A DNA stretch of 64,000 bases from Epiperipatus broadwayi (lineage: Eukaryota; Animalia; Onychophora): the NCBI GenBank assembly GCA_028023455.1, contig JAQFVV010000003.1:19468001-19532000 (forward strand). The letters are read 5' to 3'. How positions within the stretch are numbered: position 1 is the first letter of the stretch; every line of letters starts with the position of its first letter. Both the position numbers and the translations under genes were made by a program. Under the pieces are notes generated by a model. The model was not told the origin of the DNA, ran no database searches, and saw only the letters and a program-made list of their open reading frames with translations. Of this stretch, positions 1 to 12,650 are shown piece by piece.

Positions 1-625
1 GCATATACCTAAGATTTTCCAACAATTTAGTTATAATTTTAAACAATAGAGGGCCAACATATTGGAGCCACTATATAATAAACCTTTACCAATAATGCTT
101 ATAATTAAAAATCAAATTTGAAATATTTATATAAAACAGATTCGCTTCTTAGAAGTAGTATGACAGACCACTTGTAGCATTTACATTATTATACCATTCT
201 CCGCCACTGCACATTAATTTGCTTTTTTAAAAAATGTTAATTCTGAAGAGCACTGCTAGACATTCAAAACTGCAAAAAAACAACAATAATAAAAATGCAT
301 TTAAAAAATAAAAAAAGTTTTTAAAGAGGAATATAATATTTTTTTATTGCCTCATTCCCTGGAAAGTATTGAATTTATACTATACCCAAACAATAATTAT
401 TTTTTTACTCATATGCTATTTAAGCTAAATAACCCAAAATTTTCAAACATTCTAAGCCAATTTATTGATCTAGCAGTAATATTGCATCTTTTTATATAGT
501 TAAATAGAATGAAAATAGAGAATGCCATTATCAGACAAAATTACTAAAACTATTAAAAGTTATAAACTAACTATATTATTTAAGTTCAAGTATAGTGTAT
601 ATACTTAAACTAAATGTAATTAGAG

Positions 626-1270
626 TGGAGAAGATTGAAACCTATCCATTAAAGTTTGAAGATTTGCTATTTTAAAATAAAACTGAGCACTGAATACATA
701 TATATGGGTGGGTGATGATGATCAGGACCAAATGATGAATGCTGTTTTCAGCATGAAATACATATATTACAGATCATATATGTTTTTCGCATCTGTGTGG
801 ACATGTGTATTGGATATGTAAGATGGAGTGGATAGCTGAAGGGAATTTGAAAGTCTCCGCTCTAATTACATTTAGCTTAAATATATATTTTCTGCCCATC
901 CCTCTTTTGTGTATTTAAATGGCTTTAAGGCCCTGCATATGAGGGGTCAGAATGATTTATGATCAACATGGGTATGACAATAAAATTGGTAAACAACAGT
1001 TTTGAACATACCATCATCAGATTTTCATATGGATGGTTGGAGAATGGAGAAGATTAAAGCCTGACCATTAAAGTTTGAAGATTTGCTATCTTAATATAAA
1101 CTGAGCACTGATTATATATATATGTGTGGGAGATGATGATCCAGACCAAGTGATGAGTACTGTTTCAGCATGAATACAAATACTGAAGATCATTTATCTT
1201 TTTCAAGGATGTGGTTATGTGTATTGGTTGCATAAGATGGAATGAATGACCGAAGGGAGCTTGAAAGTCT
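626..1270 (+). repeat. Two diverged ~230 bp direct repeats (626-856, 1045-1270), each with a hammerhead-like core
   Basis: The copies align along their length (TGGAGAAGATT...GAAAGTCT), offset ~419 bp. Copy 1 reads ATGATGA-ATGCTG-TTTT-CAGCAT-GAAA (732-758). Copy 2 reads GTGATGA-GTACTG-TTT-CAGCAT-GAAT (1150-1175). Confidence 0.75.
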
Positions 1271-4200
1271 GGGTTCAAATCGCTTCTAAATAAACTATTA
1301 TATTATATAAAATTATTATATATAAATAATAAATGGAAAATATTACTGACATTTTTTTAAAAAAATCACAAGACAATTGCAACAACATTACAAAAAAATA
1401 ATTCATCATATTATATGGAATCTCATAGATCCAGCATTATAGAATTAATGTATAGTTTTATACTTTTACAAAAATGTATTTCAAAAAAGAAGAACGACTT
1501 CAAATAATTCTACTCATAGAATATTCAAGTCAAAGAGAAGCCACTCTGCAATTTAACAGAGTCTCCAAATATCACAAATTTAAGTTAGAACTATTATAAA
1601 AACAAAACAATTACATGAAAAATCATGTAGTTGATATTTAAAAAAAAGAAAAATGAAACTGCTCTTTCTTGCTCAAAGTACCAGAATTCCTTGAAAAATT
1701 TCTACCAATTATTAACTATTGTTAAGAGTATCCAAAAACAGAATCCTATTATCCATATAAAATTTTGCTCCTATAGAAGTTAAACATAAATAATCTCAAT
1801 CTACAAATAAAATATTGTGGATGTGCACATGCAAATTTCTTTTTAAGACGCGCACAGCTCATGAAACACTACTTCCAATTATTATATAATTTTGATTGTT
1901 AATTAATAAATTGATCTCAGAAGTCAAAACTATTCATTTATGAATCTACAGTCAGTATGAATCATTCCATTCAAAAAATGAATTGAATCTTTTTAAATAA
2001 ATTGAATCAAATGAGTTGATTCCTTGAAGATTAAAAAAAAAAAAAAATCACTATTACCAAATTACTGTTTTAAGAGGGTACAAAAAGTTGTATTATTAAT
2101 TCATTGAAAAAAAAAAAGGTTGAAATAAAGACAAGTTACTCAATAAACAATTGAAGCAAAACAAAATAAGCCTTAGCAGTGATTATTAATTCCATTCTTA
2201 TCACAAATTATTGTAATATTTTATGTTCAAGAATTCATATTATGCAATATTTCTGATATTAATAAATAAATAAAATTTGGTAAATGAAGGTTTTCAATCA
2301 AAAGCCAATATTGATCACAATGTATTAAAAAACAAACAAAAACAAAAGAGAACTCAATTTCAGAGTGATTTGACACTAGAAAAAAAAATTCAAGCGCTGA
2401 CAAAAATATTCCTTTTTTTCCTTTTTCTAGTGAACCAATACTTAAATATATGGCAAAATTTAAGATTTTTTAAAAAATGTCTTCCAATCAAAGAAAGAAA
2501 GACTCACCATATGGTTTTCTCTGTTTACTTTCAATAAACATGTAAAGTGAGATTGAGTAATCAATGTATATCAGAAAATAATACTGTTCTCCCATTTTAA
2601 AACTAATTTTTGGCTATTTGCTTTCAAATGCATAAAATATGCACAGACAGTAGTCATCTTTATCATTTTAAATTATCCAAATTAAAAATCTGAGATTAAA
2701 ATGCCCTGAGATTTTGAACCAAGGCTTACTTGCTTGAATTGTTGTAATAGGTCTGTCACTAGACTAGGAACTGTATATTTTAATAACTTCAATTTTATGT
2801 TAACTGTAGACTTTTTTTTTTATATACTTTTGGCAATAACAGTATACATCAATGAAAACATCATATAACTTCTGCTTACTGCTTCTATTGCAGATATTGA
2901 AAATAAAGAGAGACTGGACATGCAATACTTTCTTAGATGATTAAGCAAGCTTACAGTAGATAATTCTGGAATCAATTAAGTACTGCAAAATTTCCTCCAC
3001 TGAGAATCACCCAACTTCGATATCCAATCATATCTGCAGCTGAGCAGTTTAACAAGAAACCCTATTTTTCAAATCAACCCCCCCCCTTTCCCCATTTTTT
3101 TGTTATGAATCCATACAATATCTAGACACTTTCAGATTGGGCCCAAATTTCTATTGCAAAATACTTTATGCATAATCAGGGGGAGGGGGGGGGATATGTA
3201 CTGGCAGTCTAAAAATAAATGCAATCATTCTAACTCCAGAAGGAGAAAGAGAAAAAAAACTATGACTCAAATGTTACAAAACAAAAAAAGAAAAAAAAAA
3301 CAGTTATAATAATTAAAGAGAAATGGGATGACCCAGCACACATTTCCATAGACATAGTTAGTCCAGCAGAGATATGAGACTTATGATGACTGATCGGCTT
3401 TGCTCTAACCCTAAGTCAGTGAAAAGGGTAAGAGAAAGAACAAAAGAATAATAAATATTTATATATGTTAGTAATAATTATTGGTGAATTAAATTAAAAA
3501 TTGGTGAATTAAATTAAAAATTTTATTCAATCATAATGATACAACAAATTCAGATCATATACTTAAACTTAACACATTTCCTTTTTAAAAGTATTTCAGT
3601 AAAAAATAATGGCGAGGTGTGTTCAGTTTGTAACTGCTTTAAAATAAAACAACACATTTATATTAATTTCCTATTTTCCACACAAATAATACGAGCGATT
3701 AAGGGTTAACCTCTGAACTGGTGACCTTAAAAATAAACAGCAATTGTTGCTTAGATACATTACAAGCAAGAAAAGAAATTTAAGAAACATATGTTTGCCC
3801 CCATGTTTGTTTATAGCAGACAGAAAAGGCGAAGGATAAAAAGCTCCTGGAATTTGTCTTCGAATATAAGATGAGTGAGAAAAATAGGATAAGATTAAAA
3901 TACAGTATCAATGATATTTTCTGGAGAGAAGGTGGGAGGGGGGACAATAAACTGATGCAGTATACTAAATGAATTTGTTTTATTAATATTATTTTCATAT
4001 TTATAAAATACAGAAATTTAAGTGACTATAAAAAAAAAAGATTTACTTACTCAAAAAAGTCACTTAAAAATATTTAGATCTCGCTTGATCAAAGCAATCT
4101 TCGCAGGAGATTGTTATTTTAAAATTAGATTTTAATGTGAATGATAATTATTATTAAATAACAAAGAGTTTAAACGTTTTTTCATGACTATGATCCGATT

Positions 4201-4828
4201 GGAATTTAAGATATAATTCTAAGTGACGATTATCTCCACCAATGTACAGAGTTTTTGGTGAGTTTTTTTTTCAAATAGCCAGCCCATATCCAATTCGGCC
4301 AGTCATCAAATTTATTACTGGTGAATAACATAGGCAAAAGATAAAATATCCTTCAGCAAGTCAGTAATTATTTAATGGGAAGGTCTTCTCTTTCACTATC
4401 CCTCTATGGAGAGATCTGGAAAAATCTTTTCCTTACAGTGAACTAGTTTGTTTTTCATAAATTAAAACTAATTCAATCTGGTAAAGTGAATTGTAAATTT
4501 GGAGAGTGATAGATCATGATCGATACTAAACTATTAAAAAACCATACTCAAAAATCCTAATCCAAATTGTAATTGTATTATGTCTAAGCATTCATATCCT
4601 ATAAACATGTACAATTTGTAATTTAAATCTTTTTGAAAAATATGTGCAAAATAAAAAACTATATGATCTCTATGATGTGAATCCAGTAATCAAAATCATG
4701 ATATTCAATTATATATTAATGAATATAATTAAAGATAAAGGTTATTATAAAGAAGTATGATACTGCCTCCACCATTAGTGAAATCTGTATCATATTGTAA
4801 TTATATAATATATTTTTTATATGTGAAA

Positions 4829-4900
4829 GCGTCGGTCGGAAAGCGAACCCTGGGACAACTGCTTGTAAGGCAGCTGTGCTAACTACTCAGCCACTAACAC
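4829..4900 (-). mobile_element. tRNA-Gly-derived SINE-like relic (anticodon position reads TAC)
   Basis: Minus strand GTGTTAGTGGCTGAGTAGTTAGCACAGCTGCCTTACAAGCAGTTGTCCCAGGGTTCGCTTTCCGACCGACGC aligns with metazoan tRNA-Gly(TCC). It shares the upstream TTGTCAAG with the copy at 47458-47533. Confidence 0.7.
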
Positions 4901-7167
4901 TTGACAAATTTTATAGATATAATTTGTAATCACAGCATCAATTTTCATTTGGAAACCATATTATCCTAGAACTTTTATTCCCAGCTAATAATAGTTAGAT
5001 ATCGACTTATTGGCCATTTTTGAATGTCTAACTAGGTTGACTATGAACAAAAGCTTAGTGTTAATATTTCTAAATAATCTTGATACATCTCTGTTGCTAA
5101 TGACAGACAGACTTGATTGATTTATCTCAAAACTTAAAAATGATTCATCAATGTGATACCTATTATGTTTAAGCCATTGATGACTACTATGGCTATCTTA
5201 TTAATAATAGTAAAATCACATCTTACATAAAATGTCTAGTGGGGTCATACATTGACTTACACAATTAGATAGGGTAAGGAAAGCCTATGGCCTTGGATTC
5301 AAGGATCGGATAAACAAATCTGCATCTTAAATAAATGTATCCCATAAGATTTGTGGCAAAAAAAAATCATATCAATCAGGTTTAAAAATTGTTTTTACTT
5401 ACCTCACCTGATGATTTTATTTTAAAGAAGATTCATGTTATACTTTTTGTCACAATACTTGAAAAACATTTCATTACTTATTTGAAAAATATTCAGTTTG
5501 GAAACCTTAGAATAATTATTTTCAATCCTTGGTAAATCTACTTTAAAAAGTATATAATATTCTAATTTTATTTTTTGACTCCTAGAATGTAAGAACATTA
5601 AAAGACTTATTAAACAATGGAAGGACAGTTAAATGCCACTATTATATAATAAGAAATAAAATGTATTGCTGTTTTTTGGCCAAAAATCATTTAAGATTTC
5701 TAATGCTTCAAGGTGAAGTAATTAGCACAATATACTTATGACAAATTAAAATTATTCTTCACAAATAAAGTGTGATTATCTGACCGAGTTTTTATATTAT
5801 TTATTTATAACAAATTAAGTGGACCTTGGGATATTTTGTCAGATAGCTGAGAATTTTCAAGTGTAGATAGAGAATACAAAGATAAAACAGCTGAACTTTC
5901 CATTCCAAATGGTAATTAAATAATTAGACATAAACACTTATAATTAATTATGTTTAATTCGTTTTTTCAAATAATACATTAGTAAATGTAAATTTATAAA
6001 GTAAATAACATCTCTGCTATTTTTTTCAGTGCATCCCATATCTCAACTCCACATCATAACAATATATCAGCACAGTCTTTCAGCATGCATTTTGCAAACA
6101 AATCCTCAGTCTTCATGCATATGTTGATAGTTCAATAACTTTTTTTACACTTCACTCAGGCCAAGATAAGAAGTAGTTTCTCATTTTTAACATCGTGTGG
6201 AAGGGTGAACAAACATTGCACTTCAGATATGTAACATTAAGTTTTTTTTGGTTTTCATTAGTGCATCCCTCATTTCAACTACATCAAATTGCAAATATAT
6301 ATATATATTACATCAAGAATAATACTCCATTATTGGTCTATTAAGTAAATGAAATAAATACTCTCAATACAAAGCACAAGGTAAAATTATTTTAAAGAGA
6401 AAAAAAAATTCTGCCAGCCCAGAATATGTAATCATATATATGTTTATAAAATAGTAGTATTTTACCTCTTAAAATAAAGTAAATAAAATCTGTTTGATAT
6501 GAATAAAATTCAAGACCATTCTGATGTCCTGCAGGTCTTATATTGTAATTCAGAATTTGACTATTATATCTTTATCAAACAATATACAAATATATATAAT
6601 TTGTCATAATAAAAACATTTCCTTAACATACATGCATGCAAGCAAAAAAAAGTCTGTAATAGTGAATAACTCTACAAAACTTCTATTCTTGAGATAAGCA
6701 AATAGTATCAATAAATGTTTACTTATTATCTTTCAAGAGATTGAATCCATTACATCATTCAACTTCTACCCTTTCTAAACTTTCCTACTTTTTGCTATTT
6801 TGAAAATACTAGTAGGTACTCCTTTTTTAAAAATCGTTTATCAACTGCCTTGAATTGTTTAGTTCAATGTAATAATAATAGAATTAAGGAATTCTAAATG
6901 TATTTCAAATGAATTTTTATTTTTAAAAAAATGATTGAGTATTAGAACTATGCTCAGTTCATAACTTCAGTGATTTATCATCATAAGCAATTAGATATGT
7001 ACTTTACTTATATTATCTGTTGTATATTAAACTTTGATAAGGTAGTAATTTATTTCTTTTTTGCAATCATGACCTCAAATATAGCAAAAAAAAAAAAACA
7101 CAAAACAACAACTTCTAAACTTAGTTTTAAAATATGTTTAATATATAAAGATAATAACTAAACAGTT

Positions 7168-7283
7168 TCCCTGTGTGCTTTGGTGCAGGAGAAGAGCGAT
7201 ATATTCGCAATCAAGAAGTCTTCAGATCAATCCCAGTTTTGTCATTTCCAGTATTCAAACTCCTGAGCAATAAAGTCATTCAA
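7168..7283 (+). mobile_element. SINE-like relic, same family as 55609-55723
   Basis: The 3' end CTCCTGAGCAATAAAGTCATTCAA matches the minus-strand 3' end at 55609-55635. The 5' part is a degenerate tRNA-like head. Confidence 0.5.
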
Positions 7284-7698
7284 CTTTTTTTTTGTTTACT
7301 ATATAATAATTACAATTCTATAATAAACTGGATGGCTTTTCATTCAATAATTATGAATTAAAGTTACTTACATTGCTAATATATCCATAAGCATGAATAA
7401 AATATATAGTAATTTGATCTACAAGCATCTCTGTATCTATTTTTTGACTACAATAATGTAATGCATTAGAAGAATCCACCATAATGACCCATTGTATTGA
7501 ATTAGTTGTTCCTCTTCTATGCTGTAAGTCTCTCTTAACAATTCTCTATTGGTGGGCTTTTTAAATTTTCCTTTAATACTAGAAGTTTCCATTGCTCTCT
7601 GGAATCCACTTCATTTTATTCTTTAATTAATATTAAGAAAAATTACTATAATCTCTCAGTGACCTGACTTCTTATTCTAATTAACTTTTCTATTTCCA

Positions 7699-7744
7699 TC
7701 TCCAGACCAACTGTTTTCGAGCTTATGGCTCATGTCAGTGGAGA
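7699..7744 (-). ncRNA. Minimal type I hammerhead-like motif, copy 1
   Basis: TCTCCA-CTGACAT-GAGC-CATAA-GCTC-GAAAA-CAGTTG-GTC-TGGAGA: 6 bp stem I, 4 bp stem II, GAAA and a GUC cleavage triplet. The core deviates from CUGANGA. Confidence 0.7.
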
Positions 7745-8114
7745 GCTAGAATATTCGGACACTAGATCTAAAATATCAACTCAAAATCCAGCACTTATTT
7801 CATATGTAATATTTAAGTAGAAACTCTGAAATTTTCGGACATAAAAATGTCTTTAAATCCAGCTACCTAACTTAAATAGCTATATGGGACTGAACTACAT
7901 TCGGATCTACCATATTTTAATAGCCTCAGCATAGCCAAAGCCTTAAAGGAAAATTATAATAATCAAAAAAGCAAGTCATATATAATGTGACATTACTTTT
8001 ATAAGCTTATATTTACAAAAATGTAATACAGAGAGTACCAATAACTCAAACAAACTCTTAATTGATAAGTATGGTATGAGAAAATATTTAAAAGCTCTAT
8101 TCAGAACCTTCTCA

Positions 8115-8160
8115 TCTCCAGACCAGCTGATTTCAAGCTCATGGCTCACGTGAGTGGAGA
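8115..8160 (-). ncRNA. Minimal hammerhead-like motif, copy 2
   Basis: TCTCCA-CTCACGT-GAGC-CATGA-GCTT-GAAAT-CAGCTG-GTC-TGGAGA, with a palindromic CAGCTG in place of stem III. Confidence 0.6.
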
Positions 8161-8329
8161 GCTAGAATATTTGGATACTAAATCTAAAATATCAATTCAA
8201 AACCCAGCACTTATTTCATATATAATATTTAAGTAGAAACTTTGAAATTTTTGGACATGAAAATGTCCTTAAATCCAGCTATCTAACTTAAAATAAATTA
8301 TTTAAATAACTTAAATAGCTTATGGCTCA

Positions 8330-8368
8330 CTGACATGAGCCATAAGCTTGAAACCAGTTGGCTGGAGA
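8330..8368 (+). ncRNA. Minimal hammerhead-like motif, copy 3 (5' strand of stem I replaced by the junction hairpin)
   Basis: CTGACAT-GAGC-CATAA-GCTT-GAAAC-CAGTTG-GC-TGGAGA. Confidence 0.55.
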
Positions 8369-8720
8369 TGGGAAAGTTCTGGATAGAGATTTTAAATATT
8401 TTTTCATACTGCACTTATCAATTATGAGTTTGTTTGAGCTATCAGTATGCTCTCTATATTACATTTTTGTAAATATAAGCTTATAAAAGTAATGTCATGT
8501 TACATATGACTTGCTTTTTTGATTATTAAGGCTTTGGCTATGCCAAGGCCATTTATTAAAATATAGTAGATCTGAATTTAGTTTAGTCCCATATAACTAT
8601 TTAAGGATTTAATGACATTTTCATGTCCGAAAATGTCAGAGTTTTTACTTAAATATTACGTATGAAATAAGTGCTGGGTTTTGAGTTGATATTTTAGATC
8701 TAGTGTCCGAATATTCTAGC

Positions 8721-8764
8721 TCTCCACTGATGTGAGCCATAAGCTTGAAAACAGTTGGTCTGGA
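8721..8764 (+). ncRNA. Minimal hammerhead-like motif, copy 4
   Basis: TCTCCA-CTGATGT-GAGC-CATAA-GCTT-GAAAA-CAGTTG-GTC-TGGA. Relative to copy 3, a short deletion between two CTGGA repeats follows. Confidence 0.65.
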
Positions 8765-9383
8765 TAGAGATTTTAAATATTTTCTCATATCGCACTTATC
8801 AATTAAGAATTTGTTTGACCTATTGGTACGCTCTCTGTATTACATTTTTGTAAATACAAGCTTATAAAAGTAATGTCATGCTATATATAACTTGCTTTTT
8901 TGATTATATGTACAATATATGTGCATTCATATCACAACTACTTCATATAGTGTTCAAATTAATTATTAGTAATAGAAAAACATATATAATTCATTTACTA
9001 ATACAAGATTATTAATATGCCAAGTATATATGTGCATTTACATACCCAATACTGCCTCATCCTACTTAATGTTCCCAAGGATTATATAATCCTTGAAATA
9101 TATTGTTAAGATTGGTGCTTCTTGTTTTTTTCAACTTGAGATTGTCTCCTATGTTTTTAGTTCAGTGTGTTTTCTTCAATGTTTTACTGTTCCAATTTTG
9201 ATGATTTCTGGTCACATGATATTTAAAAGATAACACTAAATATAGTTTATGTGTCTCTTATATACAATACTTGAATTTGTTTTTATTGTTATCATCAGTT
9301 TCAATGGGATTCTCAAAATATTTCTTCTATTCATGTCTTCTTTGAGTTATCTCTAATCCATATTTTTATCACTTATTTTATAT

Positions 9384-12300
9384 CATAGGTTCCCAAATTT
9401 TTTTAGGCCACCGTCCACTTTGCATGAAATAAACCCCCCCCCCACATTATAAGTTTTCCACATTCAATCTGTTTGATATTTTCAACGTAAATAGTAACGA
9501 CTGATTCATTACTGCTTATGCCATTAAATTATTGAAAAAGTAGTAGCCAGCACGTGCTTCATCTTGAATACAGTTATAGTGATTTTGATGAAACATAGCC
9601 CATATGTCAAGATTGTAAGTGTATGCTCGAATAACATTATACACAGTTTCACTCAATGGTTTAAATATGAAAATTCAGAATACATATTAAGAGATTGCAT
9701 TACATTAGTAAGAATCTTATTGTAATAATTAAAACACCATTGAATGTATTACAAAATTCTTTATTTCAAACTTATAAAGTAAAAATACAAAGCAAAAATA
9801 ACAAATTAATGTGAAGGATGAACCAAATGCATTGCTAAAAGTTTAATTAATATCGGGTTCAACTTTCATTAAAAACAGTTGTAAATCACCACACCCAATT
9901 ATATGCAATTGGTTCCTTTACTTAGTGAGTAAATTACCTACAGCACTAAACCCATGCTCAGCCAAATAAAAAGATGAAAATGCAATTAAAAATTTCTGCA
10001 CTATTTCTATAAACCAGGGCACAGTGTCGATATTGATTTCTGAAGTCAGACCTTTTGGTATCCACTTTTGAATTTTATTTTTAGTTATTCATTTGTTGTG
10101 AGTTCTATGAGTTCCACTTCTAAATTTGATGATACTGCTGTGTTTATATGTGAGAAAGGATCTAGAACCCAATTTGGTATATTCATGTTTAGAATATCCT
10201 TGAATCACTTACTGAAGTCAGCATGGAGAACCTCCAAGTGTTAGCAGTATGTAAGTAAATAAATCTTCCTTTTTGAGATACACTGCTGATAAATTTGAAA
10301 AGTGGCTATATTCCCCTCGGCTTAGATTTTGCTTGAACAGAAGTTTTCCATAAAAGCAGCAATAATGTTTTTTGTTTTAATTAAATTCAATTTATCACTG
10401 TGTAATTGTAGACTAACTTCATTAAATATTTTATAGAGGTTTGTCAAATAAGCGATGTCATTTTTGGGTATAATCAGGTTGGCCTGCAATCTGTCATCTC
10501 TGTTTTCTAAGAACTCTAGTACTGAATCAAACAAATAAATTCAGACAAATATCTTTTGAAAGCCAATAAACTTCTATGTGAAGCAACATACAATTGAAAT
10601 CGTTTCACTACAAAGTTGGCTAAACAATCTATCACTCAATGAATTGCTTTTAATTTTGTTGATTGCTCTAATAACATAATTGAGCAATTTATGCAGGCAT
10701 TCACTTAAATTCTTTGTAATCAAATGTTGATGTTGAAGAACACAATGTATAGTGAGAACATGTGGTACTACTTGTTTCAAATGCACTATGAAACCCTTGT
10801 GGCACCCATCATTGCTGTAGCACCATCAGTAGCAGCAGACAAAATATTACAATTAGGAACATCTTTCTATTGAAAAATCTGATTCATGGTATTAAATAGA
10901 GATTCTTCTTTTGTATCCGCTTCCAAATTTTTAACAAATAATAATTCTTTATAAACTTTTTCTTCTTTCATGAAATGTATGTGATAAGAGTGTTTCTTTT
11001 TTATTTGGGAGAGTTGATTCATCGAGTTGAATAGAAAATTGACATATCTTCAAGTCTCTTCAAGTAATCACATAATTATTTTTCAATGTCTTCAGCCATT
11101 TTATCAGTTCTTCTTTGCACTAAATTGTTGTAACTCAAAGGAAATTTTTCTGATGATATCTGATGCTGGCTTATGAAGCACAGTGTTTATTACTTCTTTT
11201 ACTGCTGGCAAGATTAATTCTTCACGAATTATGTGTAAGCTTTCCATTTTTGTGATTAATAATGAAATATTATAAGAAGTTTGTAATCTGTCATTATCTT
11301 GTTTAGTGGACAACACAAAAAGTTTTGATATAGTTGGGCATTTAAAATATTTTTCTTCTAGTATTTGAAAATAGGACATATCTTTATCTTTTTTGTCAGC
11401 ATGCATTTTAGTCATATGCTCTTGTAGCCTAGACTTCACTGCTACATTTGAAAATATTTTTTGGCGAATCAAGGACATAGGTAATAATTGGTTCATAGGA
11501 TACTGAATAAAGCCATATTTCAAATACCCAATAGTGTAATGTTGACATTTCTTTTTAGATTCAGACATAAAAATTTGCAACAACATTCACAAAATAAAAG
11601 ATTTAACTTACATTTTGTATGACTTCACTTATCTATTACACTTTCAAATGATCATTGTTGGAAAAGCACACACAAAAAAAATGAAACTTATTCCTAAACC
11701 ACTGATATTTATAGATTTGAAATTCCGCCTGAATTGATTTGCATGCACTGATTTATTTGCTATACCATCGTACTCATGCTATGAACAAATCACTGCAAGT
11801 ACTCATATTCCTGTCGAAACATGCTGAATTGCTATGTAATAGTTGTCTAACATACTACTAGTTAAGACTTGTCTATAGTGCAGATAGACTAAAGCCTGTA
11901 TGACATGATCAATTTTTACAATAGCAAAAAATGAATAAATTTTTTAAGAACATAAAAAATTGAAGTTAAAATATCCTGTTTGACACGTTCAATTTTTTAT
12001 TTTGCATGCAAGCACATTTTGTTTGTCCGACCACAACATTGTATGAATAATTATAAATAATAATCAATAAATAAAATAATCACACCAAATATAAACACAA
12101 AACCTACAAAACATAACCACAGAAAGCAGTATAAGTTTCTAATATTTGATTTTCCCTCTAGATTGCAATATAAGTTGGTACCTAACTAGGCTAACTCAAA
12201 TTTACGATTTTATTTCTTGTTATTTTTATCCACAATATTAAATTATATAAAATTGGGTTTATTTTTGCACAAATCAATTAGAAAAATGATTTTTATATAT

Positions 12301-12650
12301 ATTTTGAAATGAAATAGAACAAATATATTTGTTATAGCAAACATAACCTATTATACACATATATATATACATGCTCTATTTTCTCATTGCCATCTATTTC
12401 TGTAAAACATGGTCAATTTTCAAATGATTATACAATTAAAATGGAAAATTGATGAAAAATTGATGTATAAGACGGGCATAAGATGAATTAAAATGCAGAA
12501 TTTAAATTTTAAATGATTATAACCAATCACAAAATCATGAAAATAATTAATTTTTAAATATATATTATTAATTTCTTTTATAAGGAGCCACCAATTCCTA
12601 GAAGCTTCAGTGCCCACTGGGGATTGTACCGCCCTCTTTGGGAACCATAG
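9384..12650 (-). mobile_element. Full-length decayed hAT (Buster/Charlie group) DNA transposon
   Basis: Imperfect TIRs CATAGGTTCCCAAA (9384) and TTTGGGAACCATAG (to 12650). The flanks TTTTATAT and GTTTATCT fit a decayed nnnTAnnn 8-bp TSD (6/8 identical). A transposase remnant lies inside. Confidence 0.8.
9807..11570 (-). pseudogene. Fragmented Buster-type hAT transposase (ZBED5/ZBED8/SCAND3-like), with many stops and frameshifts
   Basis: N-terminal BED-like YLKYGFIQ...LPMSLIRQKIFSNVAVKSRLQEHMTKMHADKKDKDMSYF and EELILPAVKEVINTVL. Mid-region HCVLQHQHLITKNL...LNYVIRAINKIKSNSLSDRLFSQLC. C-terminal dimerisation-like YLAEHGFSAVGNLLTK...GDLQLFLMKVEPDI. Confidence 0.9.

Larger units (their letters stand above)
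7694..8906. mobile_element. Tandem and inverted array of a ~400-420 bp HHR-containing monomer (Penelope pLTR-derived or retrozyme-like)
   Basis: Monomers on the minus strand at ~7694-8105 and ~8106-8316 (partial), and on the plus strand at ~8330-8726 and ~8727-8906 (partial). There is no ORF, and a perfect hairpin sits at the inversion point (8317-8348). Confidence 0.8.

Noticed and set aside
714-775. C/D box snoRNA reading of the RTGATGA motifs
   Set aside because: No properly spaced CTGA D box in both copies. The stem plus GAAA layout fits a hammerhead relic better.
3481-3520. Exact 20-bp tandem duplication (also a 30-bp one at ~30216-30275)
   Set aside because: Ordinary slippage duplications with no further structure.
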